The notes under the pieces were generated by a model, which was not told where the DNA came from, did no database searches, and saw only the letters and a list, made by a program, of their open reading frames with translations. DNA of 63,503 nucleotides, the filler included, from Octopus bimaculoides (taxonomy: Eukaryota): the NCBI RefSeq assembly GCF_001194135.2. It is 7 parts of 7 records of this genome, joined end to end, with 100 filler letters (N's around TTAATTAATTAA, not from the genome) between each part and the next. Parts side by side here need not be neighbours in the genome. Positions count along the whole stretch, not along the records: positions 1 to 16,987 come from NC_068993.1; 6 more parts are not named here. One strand, written 5' to 3'. Below, in pieces: positions 1-11,284 of the stretch. The position numbers were made by a program, and so were the translations under genes. Position 1 is the first letter of the stretch. Each line of letters opens with the position of its first letter.

Positions 1-34
<34 letters not shown>

Positions 35-488
35 TTATGCGCACGTATGTATATATATATGTGTGTGTGGTTTGTGCATGTCTGTATACCTGAGTACATG
101 CGCGCGTGTATGTATGTGCACGTGTTTTTCTGTTTCTGTATGTCTCTCACCACTCAACAAGCGGTGATGGTTTGCTTATGTCCCCTTACGTAGCTATCCC
201 GCAAAACGAGACGAATGGAAAACGAGTCAAACTTATAAAGTGAGCGCCGCTGGGGCTGATTTGATTGGCCAAAACCCTCGATGACAATACTCCAGCATAA
301 CAACAATTCAATGACTGAAACAAGAATAAATAAAAAGAAAAGAAAAAGAAAAAGAATAAAAGAAAGTAAAAGAAGTGAAATGAGATTCTGTGATGTTCAT
401 GCTTTTATCCAGAGATCAAGCAACGTACGTATAAGGAAATAGCTAAAGCCGAAAATCGAGGCTAATACAAGGACACATCTCTCAAGAC

Positions 489-841
489 TAGTGGTTCTCA
501 ACCGGAGTCCGTATGACCCCTGGGGATCCATATAAAATTTCGGAGGGTTCCACGTAAGTAAAATAGTAAATTCGAGAGCTACAGTAATATATTCAGGTTC
601 CATGAAAAATAGTTACTTTAGAAATATTTATTGTAAAAAAAACAGCTCGGTTTTGTTTTTCTCTCTAATGTTTTACGCAGTTCAACCTATACAAGTGAAT
701 GTGTGATGAACAAAATAGGTATTTTGAAAGAGGTATCTATAAAATTAGTTTATAAACATCGAATGGCTATGGGGGGTCCACCAGAATAAAATAGTAATCA
801 AAGGGGTCCATAGATTAAAACAATATGGTTGAGATTCCCTG
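489..841. mobile_element. hAT-superfamily MITE (Charlie/Buster-like)
   Basis: Ends TAGTGGTTCTCAACC and revcomp CAGGGAATCTCAACC. Flanked by 8-bp imperfect TSD CTCAAGAC (481-488) / GTCTAGAC (842-849), matching the NTCTAGAN target of Charlie/Buster hATs. Internal GGGGTCC subterminal motifs. Confidence 0.8.
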
Positions 842-1051
842 GTCTAGACCTACTCTATACAACAGGGGGCATTAAAATTGTTATTGATCAAAGAAGAGAT
901 AAAAGATGGAAAATATAGATGGATATATTTGTTATTGATTTGTCAATGCACATGCGTGAGAGAGATAGAGGAAGAGAGAAAGAGAAGGGGAGAAAGCACA
1001 GAATCGTGTGTGTGTGTGTGTGTGTGTGTACAGTGCGCGCGTTTTACTTAC

Positions 1052-3248
1052 TTAGGTTCGATGTTCTTCGAGCTATTTTATTTCGAGCTTGTTGCCGGAA
1101 ATTACGGGAAGAATCGTCAGTCGAGGGTCGAACATCTGACCTCTGTCTCTGTGTGAAGGGCTTTACTGTTGACAACATCGACTGCTGTACGCGTTCCTGC
1201 CACCAAGGAAATGGTCCGTGATTATTCCTATTGAATGAATGACTTGGATTTATTTTTAACCGAGGCCAAACCACCGGAGCTTTCCAATCGAATTCTTTGA
1301 TTTGATCACTGAAGCCACTTTTTAGTTTCGGTAGAGGAACTGTGATGCTGTCTGTTATTCTGCCTTGTTCAGGATTTTTCTCGATCCAGAAACTATTTCT
1401 CGATGCCCTCAGTTTAATTTTGGTTTGAGGAGTTTGCTCTGGTCTTGTTCTGTGGTTGCTTCTTGAAGGTACAGTGTGTAGTTTGGTAAATATTTCAGCT
1501 CTGGATATTTTTCGTTCGGGTTCAGCGTTTGATTGCCGTTGCTCAGATTCCGGATAAGGATTTCTTCGTTCAGGCTCAGGGCGAAGATTTCTCTGCTTAT
1601 TTTCAGGGATTGAATTTGGGGGCTCAGACTCAGAAAATGGATTCCTTTGTTTAATCTCAGCAAACGGATTCTTTCGTTCAGGCTCAGGATGGAGATTTCT
1701 TCGTTCAGGCTCAGAAAATGGATTTTTTCGTTCGGGCTCAGGGCGAGAGTTCCTTCTTTCAGGCTCAGCATGTGAATTCTTTCGCTCAGGCTCAGAAAAT
1801 GAACTTTTTCGTTCGGGCTCAGGGCGAGAGTTCCTTCTTTCAGGCTCAGCATTCGAATTCTTTCGCTCAGGCTCAGAAAATGGATTCCTTCGCTCAGGTT
1901 CAGGATAAAGGTTCCTTTTTTCAGGCTCAGAAAATGGATTTTTTCGTTCGGGCTCAGGGCGAGAGTACCTTCTTTCAGGCTCAGCATGTGAATTCTTTCG
2001 CTCAGGCTCAAAAAATGAACTTTTTCGTTCGGGCTCAGGACGAAGGTTCCTTCGTTCAGGTTCAGCATTTGAATTCTTTCGCTCAGGTTCAGAAAATGGA
2101 TTCCTTCGCTCAGGCTCAGGGCGAGAGTTCCTCCTTTCAGGCTCAGCATGTGAATTCTTTCGCCGAGGCTCAGAAAATGGATTCCTTTGATCAGGCTCAG
2201 GATGATGGTTCCTTTTTTCAGGCTCAGAAAATGGATTTTTTCGTTCGGGCTCAGAAAATGGATTTCTTTGCGCAGGCTCAGGATGCGAGATCCTTCTTTC
2301 AGGCTCAGGATATGGATATCTTCGTTGAGGCTCGGAGTGTGGATTTTTTTGTCTTGTCTCATGATTTGCATATTTTTGCTGTAACTTTGGGATTGCAATT
2401 TTTCCTTCAGGTTTCAGGTAAGGACTCCTTAGTTCAAATTGGGAGTTTGCATTTCTTTGCTCGGCTGCAGGTTGTAACCTTCTTCTTTCAGGAGTTGAAG
2501 GCTCCGTTTCGGGCTGAGAGTACAAAGAAATCCTTATCGAATTCTCACTCAACCAACTGTTCTTTCGATTCCTTTTATCTACTTCAGATATTGGAAAAGT
2601 TCTTTGAATATTATCACCAGGAAATATTCTTGGAGATTTTACATTATGTACAACTTTTTCTCTTTTTGATTCTGTTCTTCCTGAATTTATTTTGTGATCT
2701 TTGTAAGGAATTAACCAGCCAGATTCTGAGAATCTTTGAATTGGATTAACACTTGGATAAATAATCCTTGTCCACGGTCTAGCACTGATTCCGTGAATTT
2801 CACTGGCAGTAAATCTTCTATCTCTTTTAGACATTGCCGGATTTGCAGCAGACGTTTTCCTTGGTTGTTGCGTATCACGTTTCACTCTGTTGCGTCTAAG
2901 AGACGTCCCTACAATACTGCGAAATGTTTCGATCGGTGGATCGGTGGGATAAACGATTCGCTTCGATTGAGTCTTTCGAAATCCAGAACTGACGTTTGGT
3001 GTGGCTGTCTCAACATCACTAATCAATATTTTTCGGAAATAATTTTTCGCATATTCTTTATCGCGGTTCGAGCTTCCGCTGCTGAGGTGATCAGACACTA
3101 CCTCAGTTCCCATTGCACTTGCTGTATGGACATCAATAAATGCAGTCGGCATATTATGTACGAGAGATCTGGTGGTTAACATGCTTGTAACAGATGTAAT
3201 GCATGTAGCTGTGGTTAGAAACCATAACACCGAGAACAAAAGATCCAT
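1052..3248 (-). CDS. First coding exon of a predicted secreted, low-complexity precursor with 31 x 9-aa EPE-dibasic repeats (family not recognised)
   Basis: Part of the 875-aa ORF 1044-3671. ATG at 3248 starts MDLLFSVLWFLTTATCITSVTS (hydrophobic signal-peptide-like). RRNRVKR furin motif (RVKR at 2888-2877). The ORF stays open for 2.2 kb in a repeat-rich AT-rich genome. Consensus donor GTAAGT at 1051-1046 (phase 1) lies just before the TAA at 1044. Codons upstream of 3248 are trinucleotide microsatellite. Confidence 0.8.
1509..2345 (-). repeat. 27-bp coding minisatellite, 31 units (NPFSEPERK/NSHAEPERR/NSRPEPERK variants)
   Basis: Units counted directly from the translation. First unit NPHSEPQRR starts at 2345, last full unit QSNAEPERK ends at 1509 (31 x 27 = 837 bp). 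Confidence 0.95.
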
Positions 3249-3339
3249 CCTTGCTCTCTTCAGCAACTGATTTAATTGTAAGTTACCTGTCCAGGTAAAT
3301 GTAATGGTAGGTAACAGCGTCGATATTTTGTTAGACAGT

Positions 3340-3602
3340 TTCGGTGGTAGGATGTAGTTGTGATGGCGGAAGTGGTGGTGGTGATGGCATGGTGACGGTG
3401 CTGATGGTGGTGGTGGTATGGTGACGGTGGTGCTGCTGCTAATAGTCGAAGTTGTAGTAGTGGTAGCAGTAGCAGCAGCAGTGTTCGTGGTGGTAGATAA
3501 AGCAGACGTGGTGGAAGTGACGGTGGTATCAGAGGTAGTAATATTGGTAGCGGTGGCAGCATAGGTATTAGTGTTGGCGGGAGTGATGACAATGGTGGGT
3601 AT

Positions 3603-3638
<36 letters not shown>

Positions 3639-3665
3639 ATGGTAGTAGTAGTAGTTGTAGTAAAT
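3340..3665. repeat. Compound (GGT)n/(AGT)n/(AGC)n trinucleotide microsatellite
   Basis: Visible directly. Explains the Y/H/T-rich N-terminal extension of the 1044-3671 ORF. Confidence 0.9.
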
Positions 3666-3986
3666 TTTCAAGATATTTTACTAATTCGACATACGTGAGA
3701 GAATATGTATCTGCGAATGTATTTGTATACGTACGGGAATGTTTAGACTTAATTCGTGTATATACGCGTGTAGGTATGTCTATATGTATCCTCGTATGAA
3801 TGTTTGCAAGTAGTTATGTCCATTCAGGTATATGTATGTATGTGTGTGTGTGTGTGTGTGTGCGTGCGTGTGTGTGTAAGTCATACTGCTGTATGTATGT
3901 ACAGGTAACTACCATTCGCTCGTATTAAGCGTTTTGCCAGGTGTGAAAAGGATTCTGCCAGCTCCCTACTTTAATAACAATAATAA

Positions 3987-4187
3987 TTTCAAATTTTTGC
4001 CACAAGGGCAGCTTGGAGGAGGTGGGGATGAATCGATTACATCGACCCCAGTGTTCAACTGGTATTCAATCGACCCTCGAAAGGATGAAACGAAAATTCG
4101 ACCTCGGGGGGAATTTGAACGCGGAACGGCAGACGAAATACTGCTAAGTATTTAGCCCGGCGTGCTACCGATTCTGCCAGTTCGCTG
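3987..4187 (-). mobile_element. tRNA-derived SINE, family A
   Basis: Revcomp gives the head (GAACTGGCAGAATCGGTAGCACGCCGGGC...GTTCAAATTC, A/B-box-like) and the shared core TTTCATCCTTTCGAGGGTCGAT. At least 10 related copies in the window. Confidence 0.9.
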
Positions 4188-4461
4188 CTTCAGTAATCCT
4201 TTCTATTCTAGGCACATATTCAGCTGTATTGTGTTCAGAATAAACGTTGGCACCCCCATTGCTTTCACACCACGTTAGACATCGCCTCACACTTTAGCAA
4301 TTCCACCACACATACGCATATTCACGCTCTGCATCGCATCCTTCTTACATATATACGGCCATCACTCATTATTTTTACGTGCCCATGCCAACGAGGGACC
4401 CTTTTCGTGGTCTCGACCTTTTCGCACCTCACAGTCGCAGAAAAAGGACACATTGTAAATA

Positions 4462-4678
4462 TGTGGGGGTGCTGAAAAGTTCCTGGCTTTAAGGGTGTCG
4501 CGAAAGGCCTGGCTGATGGCCTAATCTTCCGAGTTCTTCTACAGGACTTAGAAAAACTGAAGGACCGCTGCAATGAGTGTGTGAATCTGAGAGAGGAATA
4601 TGTTGGATAACATCAGAAGTAACTGATCCTCCTGTACTTTTTATTAACTAAAGCCAAGAACTTCTCAGCACTTCCTCG
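4462..4678 (+). mobile_element. Internally deleted mariner (MITE)
   Basis: TIRs TGTGGGGGTGCTGAAAAGTTCCTGGCTTT and revcomp CGAGGAAGTGCTGAGAAGTTCTTGGCTTT, flanked by TA on both sides. Interior retains a transposase-C-terminus-like KLKDRCNECVNLREEYVG*. Confidence 0.8.
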
Positions 4679-4898
4679 TAATTCTTGAGTTTTCTACGTA
4701 TAGGAAGAAAGCGAAATTGTCACGGTTGGAATGTCTTTGATCAAAGGTCTGCTCAATCGGGAACTGATCTGGGGTTAAACAACAATAATCTCGATACCCC
4801 ATAACACAGCACCATTCAAACCCCACCCCCACACGTAAACATACTTACCATTTCCCCTCACACACATCAACACGACCGCAACCAAATCACCACCATCA

Positions 4899-4935
<37 letters not shown>

Positions 4936-5009
4936 CACGCACACACACGCACGCACGCACACACGCATACACACATACACACTGCCAAGTTAATTAATTT
5001 TTCTCGCTT

Positions 5010-5242
5010 CCGCCACTACCACCACCAACACCAACCCCACCGCTACCACGTGCCACAATACGTATAGCTATGTGATGTCATTAAGATTTGATCATGAAAC
5101 TATTTCCTCCTACCAGCCAACACACCAACACACCAACACACCACTACCATCACCACCACCACCACCACCACCGCTACCGACGTTACCACCCCCATAATCA
5201 TCATCACGAGGATATATCACAATCAAAACCATCACCACCACT

Positions 5243-5288
<46 letters not shown>

Positions 5289-5770
5289 ACAGCACCTTCC
5301 ACCACCATTACCACCAGCAGCTGTTAAAAAGAGATATACTGTATAACAGGATGGTCAGAAGTGGAATGCCTTTGAGCATAGTTTTACTCAGAGTTCAACT
5401 GGTGGGGCTAAGCAACAACAACCACCACTACCCACTACTACCCAAATCTCATCATACTACTACCTACTACTACTACTATTACTACTATTACTACTACTAC
5501 CACGACGACGACCACCACCACCACTACCAGTACCTCTACTACTACTACTATTACTACTACTGCTACAAACATCACTATCACCGTCACACTAAATCTACTA
5601 CCACTACTACCACCACTATCATTACTACGACGATAACGACCACCACCACCATCGCCACCACCATCACAACCACCACCACACCTCTAATACCATCATCACT
5701 ACTACTGCTACTACTACCACCACCACCACCACCACCACTACTACTACTACTACTTACTCATATTACCTAA
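5010..5770. repeat. Compound (ACC)/(CAT)/(ACT) microsatellite field
   Basis: Direct inspection. Source of the poly-H/T/Y ORFs. Confidence 0.9.
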
Positions 5771-6099
5771 TTGCCATCAACGGGATCACGTGGTGATTCT
5801 TAATTACACGTTTGTCTCCGCAAACACGTATGTTTAATATTTAAACGACTTAATATATTTCCCTACCACAGATTCTATGTACATTGGCGGTGATTGTGCT
5901 AAACTTATTAAGGGGCAACACAGAAACTGGGTCACACACTGGGTCAATGATTGAAGTGGTAAGGGACAAAAAAAAAATGGTATTTGTTGCATTATATTTC
6001 GTCATTTTCGTTTCATGCCGTACCATGTTACTAATATGGCGGCTAATTAAATGACAGACAGTTGTTTAACCCGTGGGTAAACCCCACATCAAATCCCTG

Positions 6100-6250
6100 A
6101 TTAGTCTTTTATTTTTTTCATCTTTTAATTCATTAGACTGCGGCCATGCCTTGAAGAATTTTTAGTCGAATGAATCGATCCCAGAACATTTTTTTTTCTT
6201 TTCTTTAAAGCCTGATACTTATTCTATCGGTCTATTTTGCTGAACCGCTA
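6100..6250 (-). mobile_element. SINE family B, 3' half
   Basis: GACTGCGGCCATGC...TACTTATTCTATCGGTC...GAACCGCTA is the revcomp of the 3' half of the full copy at 7725-8175. Similar pieces at about 230-330, 18735-18800, 20880-21030, 36460-36628, 46230-46425 and 53595-53633. Confidence 0.8.
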
Positions 6251-6444
6251 TATATATATATATAGTGGGGACGACCACCATTCCTCCATGTAATCGGCTT
6301 TAAAATTTATTAAGACATTAAGATATTTTCTTGGCATGAAATCAATGGTAGCCTTAATACGTAAATAAAGAAATTTTATCCACCAGTGCGTTACTGAGCA
6401 CTTATTTTCATTGTTCAACATTTACACACACACACCACACATAC

Positions 6445-6483
<39 letters not shown>

Positions 6484-7724
6484 CTGACCGCCTACACTTT
6501 TTTCTGCAAAATAGGGGTAGCTTATCCTGTTCAGGCTATATTATTAGCATAATCCTGCGTTTGAGAATTTAAAATCACTTCTTTAACTTTCTAAAGACAT
6601 CTCAACGCCTCTAAAAGCAAACTTCGTTTGTTTGTTTACGCTCATTGTAATTTGAATTTTATATANNNNNNNNNNNNNNNNNNNNNNNNNNNNNNNNNNN
6701 NNNNNNNNNNNNNNNNNNNNNNNNNNNNNNNNNNNNNNNNNNNNNNNNNNNNNNNNNNNNNNNNNNNNNNNNNNNNNNNNNNNNNNNNNNNNNNNNNNNN
6801 NNNNNNNNNNNNNNNNNNNNNNNNNNNNNNNNNNNNNNNNNNNNNNNNNNNNNNNNNNNNNNNNNNNNNNNNNNNNNNNNNNNNNNNNNNNNNNNNNNNN
6901 NNNNNNNNNNNNNNNNNNNNNNNNNNNNNNNNNNNNNNNNNNNNNNNNNNNNNNNNNNNNNNNNNNNNNNNNNNNNNNNNNNNNNNNNNNNNNNNNNNNN
7001 NNNNNNNNNNNNNNNNNNNNNNNNNNNNNNGGTGGCGGCGGCAGTGGTGCTGGTGGTGGTGGTGCTGGTGCAGGTGCAGGTGCTGGTGCAGGTTTTGGTA
7101 CACTGGTCGGACGCAGGGGTAATTGTTGCAGCGGAAGTGATAATAGTTACGATTATTATGATTCGCAATCAGTAAATGGTATTTTTTTTTTTAATCTTCT
7201 TTCATCGTCAATATCTGAAAATAAAATAATTTCTAAAAAATTTTTTTAAATGATCTAAATTCAGTCCCCCCCCCCCATTACCATCCAGTTTCAAAATGAG
7301 TTCTGTTTTAGCTCTATTATTAATGATTGCATTATTCCATTATTCATGATTCCTTTATGATTCCATTATCCTATGATTCCTTATAATTCTTCTATGCCTT
7401 TATTCCATTCTTCTATCAATATTCTATTGTATAATTTTTGTTTGTTTCAATATTCTTGTTAGTGTGCTTGTAATGTTATTGGTATAAATACGGTTTGAAG
7501 AGAAAGGTATTGTTCCTCTCAAACACCGTATTGGTGCTACTGCTGCTACTGCTGCTACTGGCGTTGCTGCTGTTGTTGCAGCTGTTGCAGCCGTTGCTGC
7601 TGCTATTGTATGCTGCTGATTCCATTGTTGTTATTATCGATGCTAAACAATCTAAACCACTTCCCAAAAACTAGAACGTTAAATATATTAACATATTTTA
7701 AAGTTTTAGTCAGGAACACTTTCT

Positions 7725-8175
7725 CTTCCGAGGTATGGCTATGTGATTAAGAAGCTCACTTTGCAGCCACGTGGTTTCAGGTTCCGTTCCATTGCGCGGC
7801 ACCTTTGGCAAGTGTCTTCTACTAGAGCTCCGGGCTGACCAGTGTCTTGTGAGTGAATTTGACCGGTTCCATACGACGGGTTCCACACGACGGGTTCCAC
7901 ACGACGGTTTCCACACGACGGCTTCCGGACATAAACTGTTTGGAACCCGTCGTATAAACATGTGTTTGTGCCTCACCACCGCTTGACATTCGGTTTTGGT
8001 TTGTTTACGTTCCTGTAAATTATCGGTTCAGCAAAAGAAATCGTTGGAATAGAATAAGTGCCAGCCAGACTTTTTTGTAAAATAAGTATATCGCACGGTG
8101 TTCGATTTGTTCGACTAAAACTCTTCAAGGCGGTGCTCCAGCAAGGCCGCAATCCAACGACTAAAACAAACAAAC
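7725..8175 (+). mobile_element. tRNA-derived SINE, family B (CORE-like), near full length
   Basis: Head TGGCTATGTGATTAAGAAG...CAGGTTCCGTTCC, CORE-like GGCACCTTTGGCAAGTGTCTTCT, short TG-rich centre, tail ...GGCGGTGCTCCAGCAAGGCCGC...ACTAAAACAA. Other copies or heads at 9447-9760, 24361-24705, 24772-24935 and 43365-43490. Confidence 0.85.
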
Positions 8176-8864
8176 GGTAAACGAAGAAGGAAAAACTGGA
8201 GATGACCAAATACATTGAGCAGGAGGAGGAGGAGGAGGAGGTAAAGTACTAAGTAGCTGAGAATCTCTGAAGTAGAGGATTCTTCGTGGACAATTAGAGC
8301 TGTTGTTTAACATCAAGGCAGCAGTGTTTGAGCAGACCTATGATGAAAGCAGTCTAGCCGTAGCCATCCAGAATGACTTTCACGGGCTCTTTGAAATTGC
8401 AACGAAGAATTTATAACGCAAAAGAAAAGAAAAAGAACATCTGAAATGAGAAGATAACTCTTAGGTAACTCGTAGATTTGGTAGCGTGTTTGGTAATGCT
8501 CTTATTCAACAATATCAGTTATGGTTGTAAAAACGAAAGACCACAAGGAAAAACCTTCCTTTCACTATATGTATATAATCTGGTTTGAATAACGTTAAAT
8601 AGAGTGACTAAGCAAAAAGTGTTGAGTTCGGTCGAGCCACTAACAATTTTATTAAGTTTTAATTTAATGTAAATGGAAAGACCACACAGACACAGACACA
8701 CACACACACGCACACAGAATTTAGAGATGGTTTTTTTTTTTATTAGCGACGACGAAGTAGTTTTCTTAATATGCACAAAAAGTTAGACCAGTGTTTGGAC
8801 TAATGTAGCTGATGTCGCTTTTTTTGCTAAATGGGCATGCATAGAAATATGAATTATTCTAACT

Positions 8865-8906
<42 letters not shown>

Positions 8907-9024
8907 ACATTATATTATATTGTATTTTATAAGTATTTTATCTGTATATGTATGTATATATACTATGTACGTATGTGTTTATGTATGCATATATCTCACA
9001 CACATTATATTGTATATATTAAGA

Positions 9025-9078
<54 letters not shown>

Positions 9079-9446
9079 GTATATGTATATGTATGTATAT
9101 GTATATATATACAAATACATGTGTATGTATATATATGCATGAATGTATAAATGCATATACATGAGTGTATGTATGTGTGTATGTATATATCCATGTATGC
9201 ATACATGCATGTATGTATGTATGTACGTACGTATATGTATGTATGTATGTATGTATGAAGATTTTAATCAATAAATTACATCAATAACTTAATGATGACA
9301 CTTTGAATGTGTTTTATAATTGTTTGTTTTTATATTCTTTATTACGCTTCTACTTATCGTGTTTATATTTTCTCATTATTTTCGTAACGTTTTTATTTTA
9401 TTAGTTTTGCATTTTTTAAGTACTTCTTACGATTATTTATATATTT

Positions 9447-9600
9447 GTTGGCTGTGTGGTTAAGAAACACGCTTTGAAATCGCATGGTTTCAGGTTCAGT
9501 CCCACTGCATGGTACTTTGAGCAAATGTCTTCTACTGTAACCCTAGGGTGGCTAATGTCTTGTGAGTGATTACGGTCGACAGAAACTGTGTGGAAGCCTG

Positions 9601-9660
<60 letters not shown>

Positions 9661-9760
9661 TTTCTTCCACCGCTTGAAAACCAGTGTTGGTTTATTTACG
9701 TTCCCATAGTTCAGTGATTCTGCAAAAAGAAACCAATAAATAAAGTTTAAATAGATAAGT
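9447..9760 (+). mobile_element. SINE family B with internal (TG)n microsatellite
   Basis: Head TGGCTGTGTGGTTAAG...GGTTCAGTCCC, then (TG)n at about 9605-9657, then CCACCGCTTGAAAACC...GCAAAAAGAAACCAATA tail. Confidence 0.8.
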
Positions 9761-9769
9761 AAATAATCT

Positions 9770-10180
9770 TTTCAGTTATAGGTACGAGGCCTGAAATTTT
9801 GAGGAAGGGGTCTACTCTATATACACCGACCCCAGCTGTGTTCAACTGGTATTTGTTTCATCGACCCAGAAAGAATGAAAGGCAAAGTTAATTTTGGCGG
9901 AATTTCTACTCAGAGCGTAAAGACGGACGAAAGCTGCTAAGCATTTTGTCCAGCATGCTAGCCTGCCAATAATAAGAATAACCCTTTTTTATTTTGGCAT
10001 AAGGCCAGCAACTTTTAAGGGTGGGGAAGTCGATTACATCGAACCCAGTGCGTCCCTGGTATTCATTTTATTGACCACGAAAGGATGAAAATCAAAATCG
10101 TCCTTGGCGTAATTTGTACTCAGAATATAAAGTCGGGTGAAATGCCACTAAGCATTTTATCCGGCGTGCTAAGCTCGCCA
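9770..10180 (-). mobile_element. Two tandem family-A SINEs
   Basis: Two consecutive copies (9770-9967, 9990-10180), each with the GAAAG(G/A)ATGAAA core and GCTAAGCATTT, separated by short (AAT)n. Confidence 0.85.
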
Positions 10181-11138
10181 ATAATAATAATTATTATTGT
10201 TACATTTGCGTAGGCTTTTTACATGTTATATTATTTACCTAATTTCACAAGAATCATTCTTCTTTCAAACAAAGGACCAAGTACGCCTATCGAACTCAAC
10301 CCGGCTACTTATGTTGTAATTCTGAAACACTGGAACTGTGTGTGGGTAGCGTTACACGATAGCAACAACCACAAGACACAAAGGATAAATATTAAAAAAA
10401 AAATATTTCTGATATTCAATACATTCATACGTTCCACCAAATGGATTACTTGGTGGAACATTGCCATCAAAAATACCTCCAAATGCAATCACAATAGATC
10501 TGACTGTTGTTTACAACAGAAGGCAAAATTTGTGCGTTGTCCAGCGGATATGAGTATTTCATTGAAAATCAATGAAAAAAAATGAGAACATTTATTGATA
10601 AATGCTGCTCAACCAAGATTATAAATTTACACTTATACCTATAATAATAATAATGAACTCACTTTAAAGACGGCGTGCTGGTAGAACCGTTACCGCTCCG
10701 GCAAAGGTACTTAACAACATCTCGTTCGTCTTCACGTTCAAATTTCGTCAGCGTTGCTTTTCGGAATCGCCGGCCTAGCTTGACAAAATTTCTTACTGGT
10801 GCAATAGTTTACCTTAACCCTTCGTGGTCCGTCGGGGTTGGAATTACACAAGAGGCCATTGGGGGTCTCTTTTTATTTTTAGTTATGCTAGAAGGCACAT
10901 CCCCAAGATGCTGGGAAGTTGGACTGAACTCGAAACCTCGGTGTTGCAAAGCGATCTTCATAACCACAAAGCATGTCAAAATTTATATTATTATTATTAT
11001 TATATATGAGTAAAGACCACACACTCAAAAAACCTAATAATCGAAGCAACCAAAGTTTAAAGCAAAGGTTAAATGCTTAAAATAGCTGCATAAATTATGG
11101 TAATTGTTTTAAAATTTGTGATGAGCAATCAAATATTA

Positions 11139-11284
11139 CCGTATTTTAACGTGTATAAGAAACCCTTTTTTGTCAAAAATTAGGTTTAAAAAATGTGGTT
11201 GTTTTTTTATACAAGGATAGTATTATAATCCCTTACATAACCTTTTTTTTCCAAATTTTAAGCCATTAAGGGGTTAAAATACGG
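11139..11284. mobile_element. pogo/Tigger-like MITE
   Basis: Perfect 16-bp inverted repeat ATTACCGTATTTTAAC (11135-11150) / GTTAAAATACGGTAAT (11273-11288), including TA at each end. Confidence 0.75.

Noticed and set aside
1509-2345. CRISPR-like periodic array
   Set aside because: Contiguous 27-bp coding units with no unique spacers, in a eukaryotic context with no cas genes.
1409-2749. Overlapping 329-aa (minus) and 343-aa (plus) ORFs across the repeat
   Set aside because: By-products of a 27-bp unit that lacks stops in those frames. They end shortly outside the array and have no signal peptide or motif.
3249-3671. 141-aa N-terminal extension of the 875-aa ORF (poly-Y/H/T)
   Set aside because: Largely translated (TAC)/(CAC)/(ACC) microsatellite. 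The signal peptide begins at the ATG at 3248.
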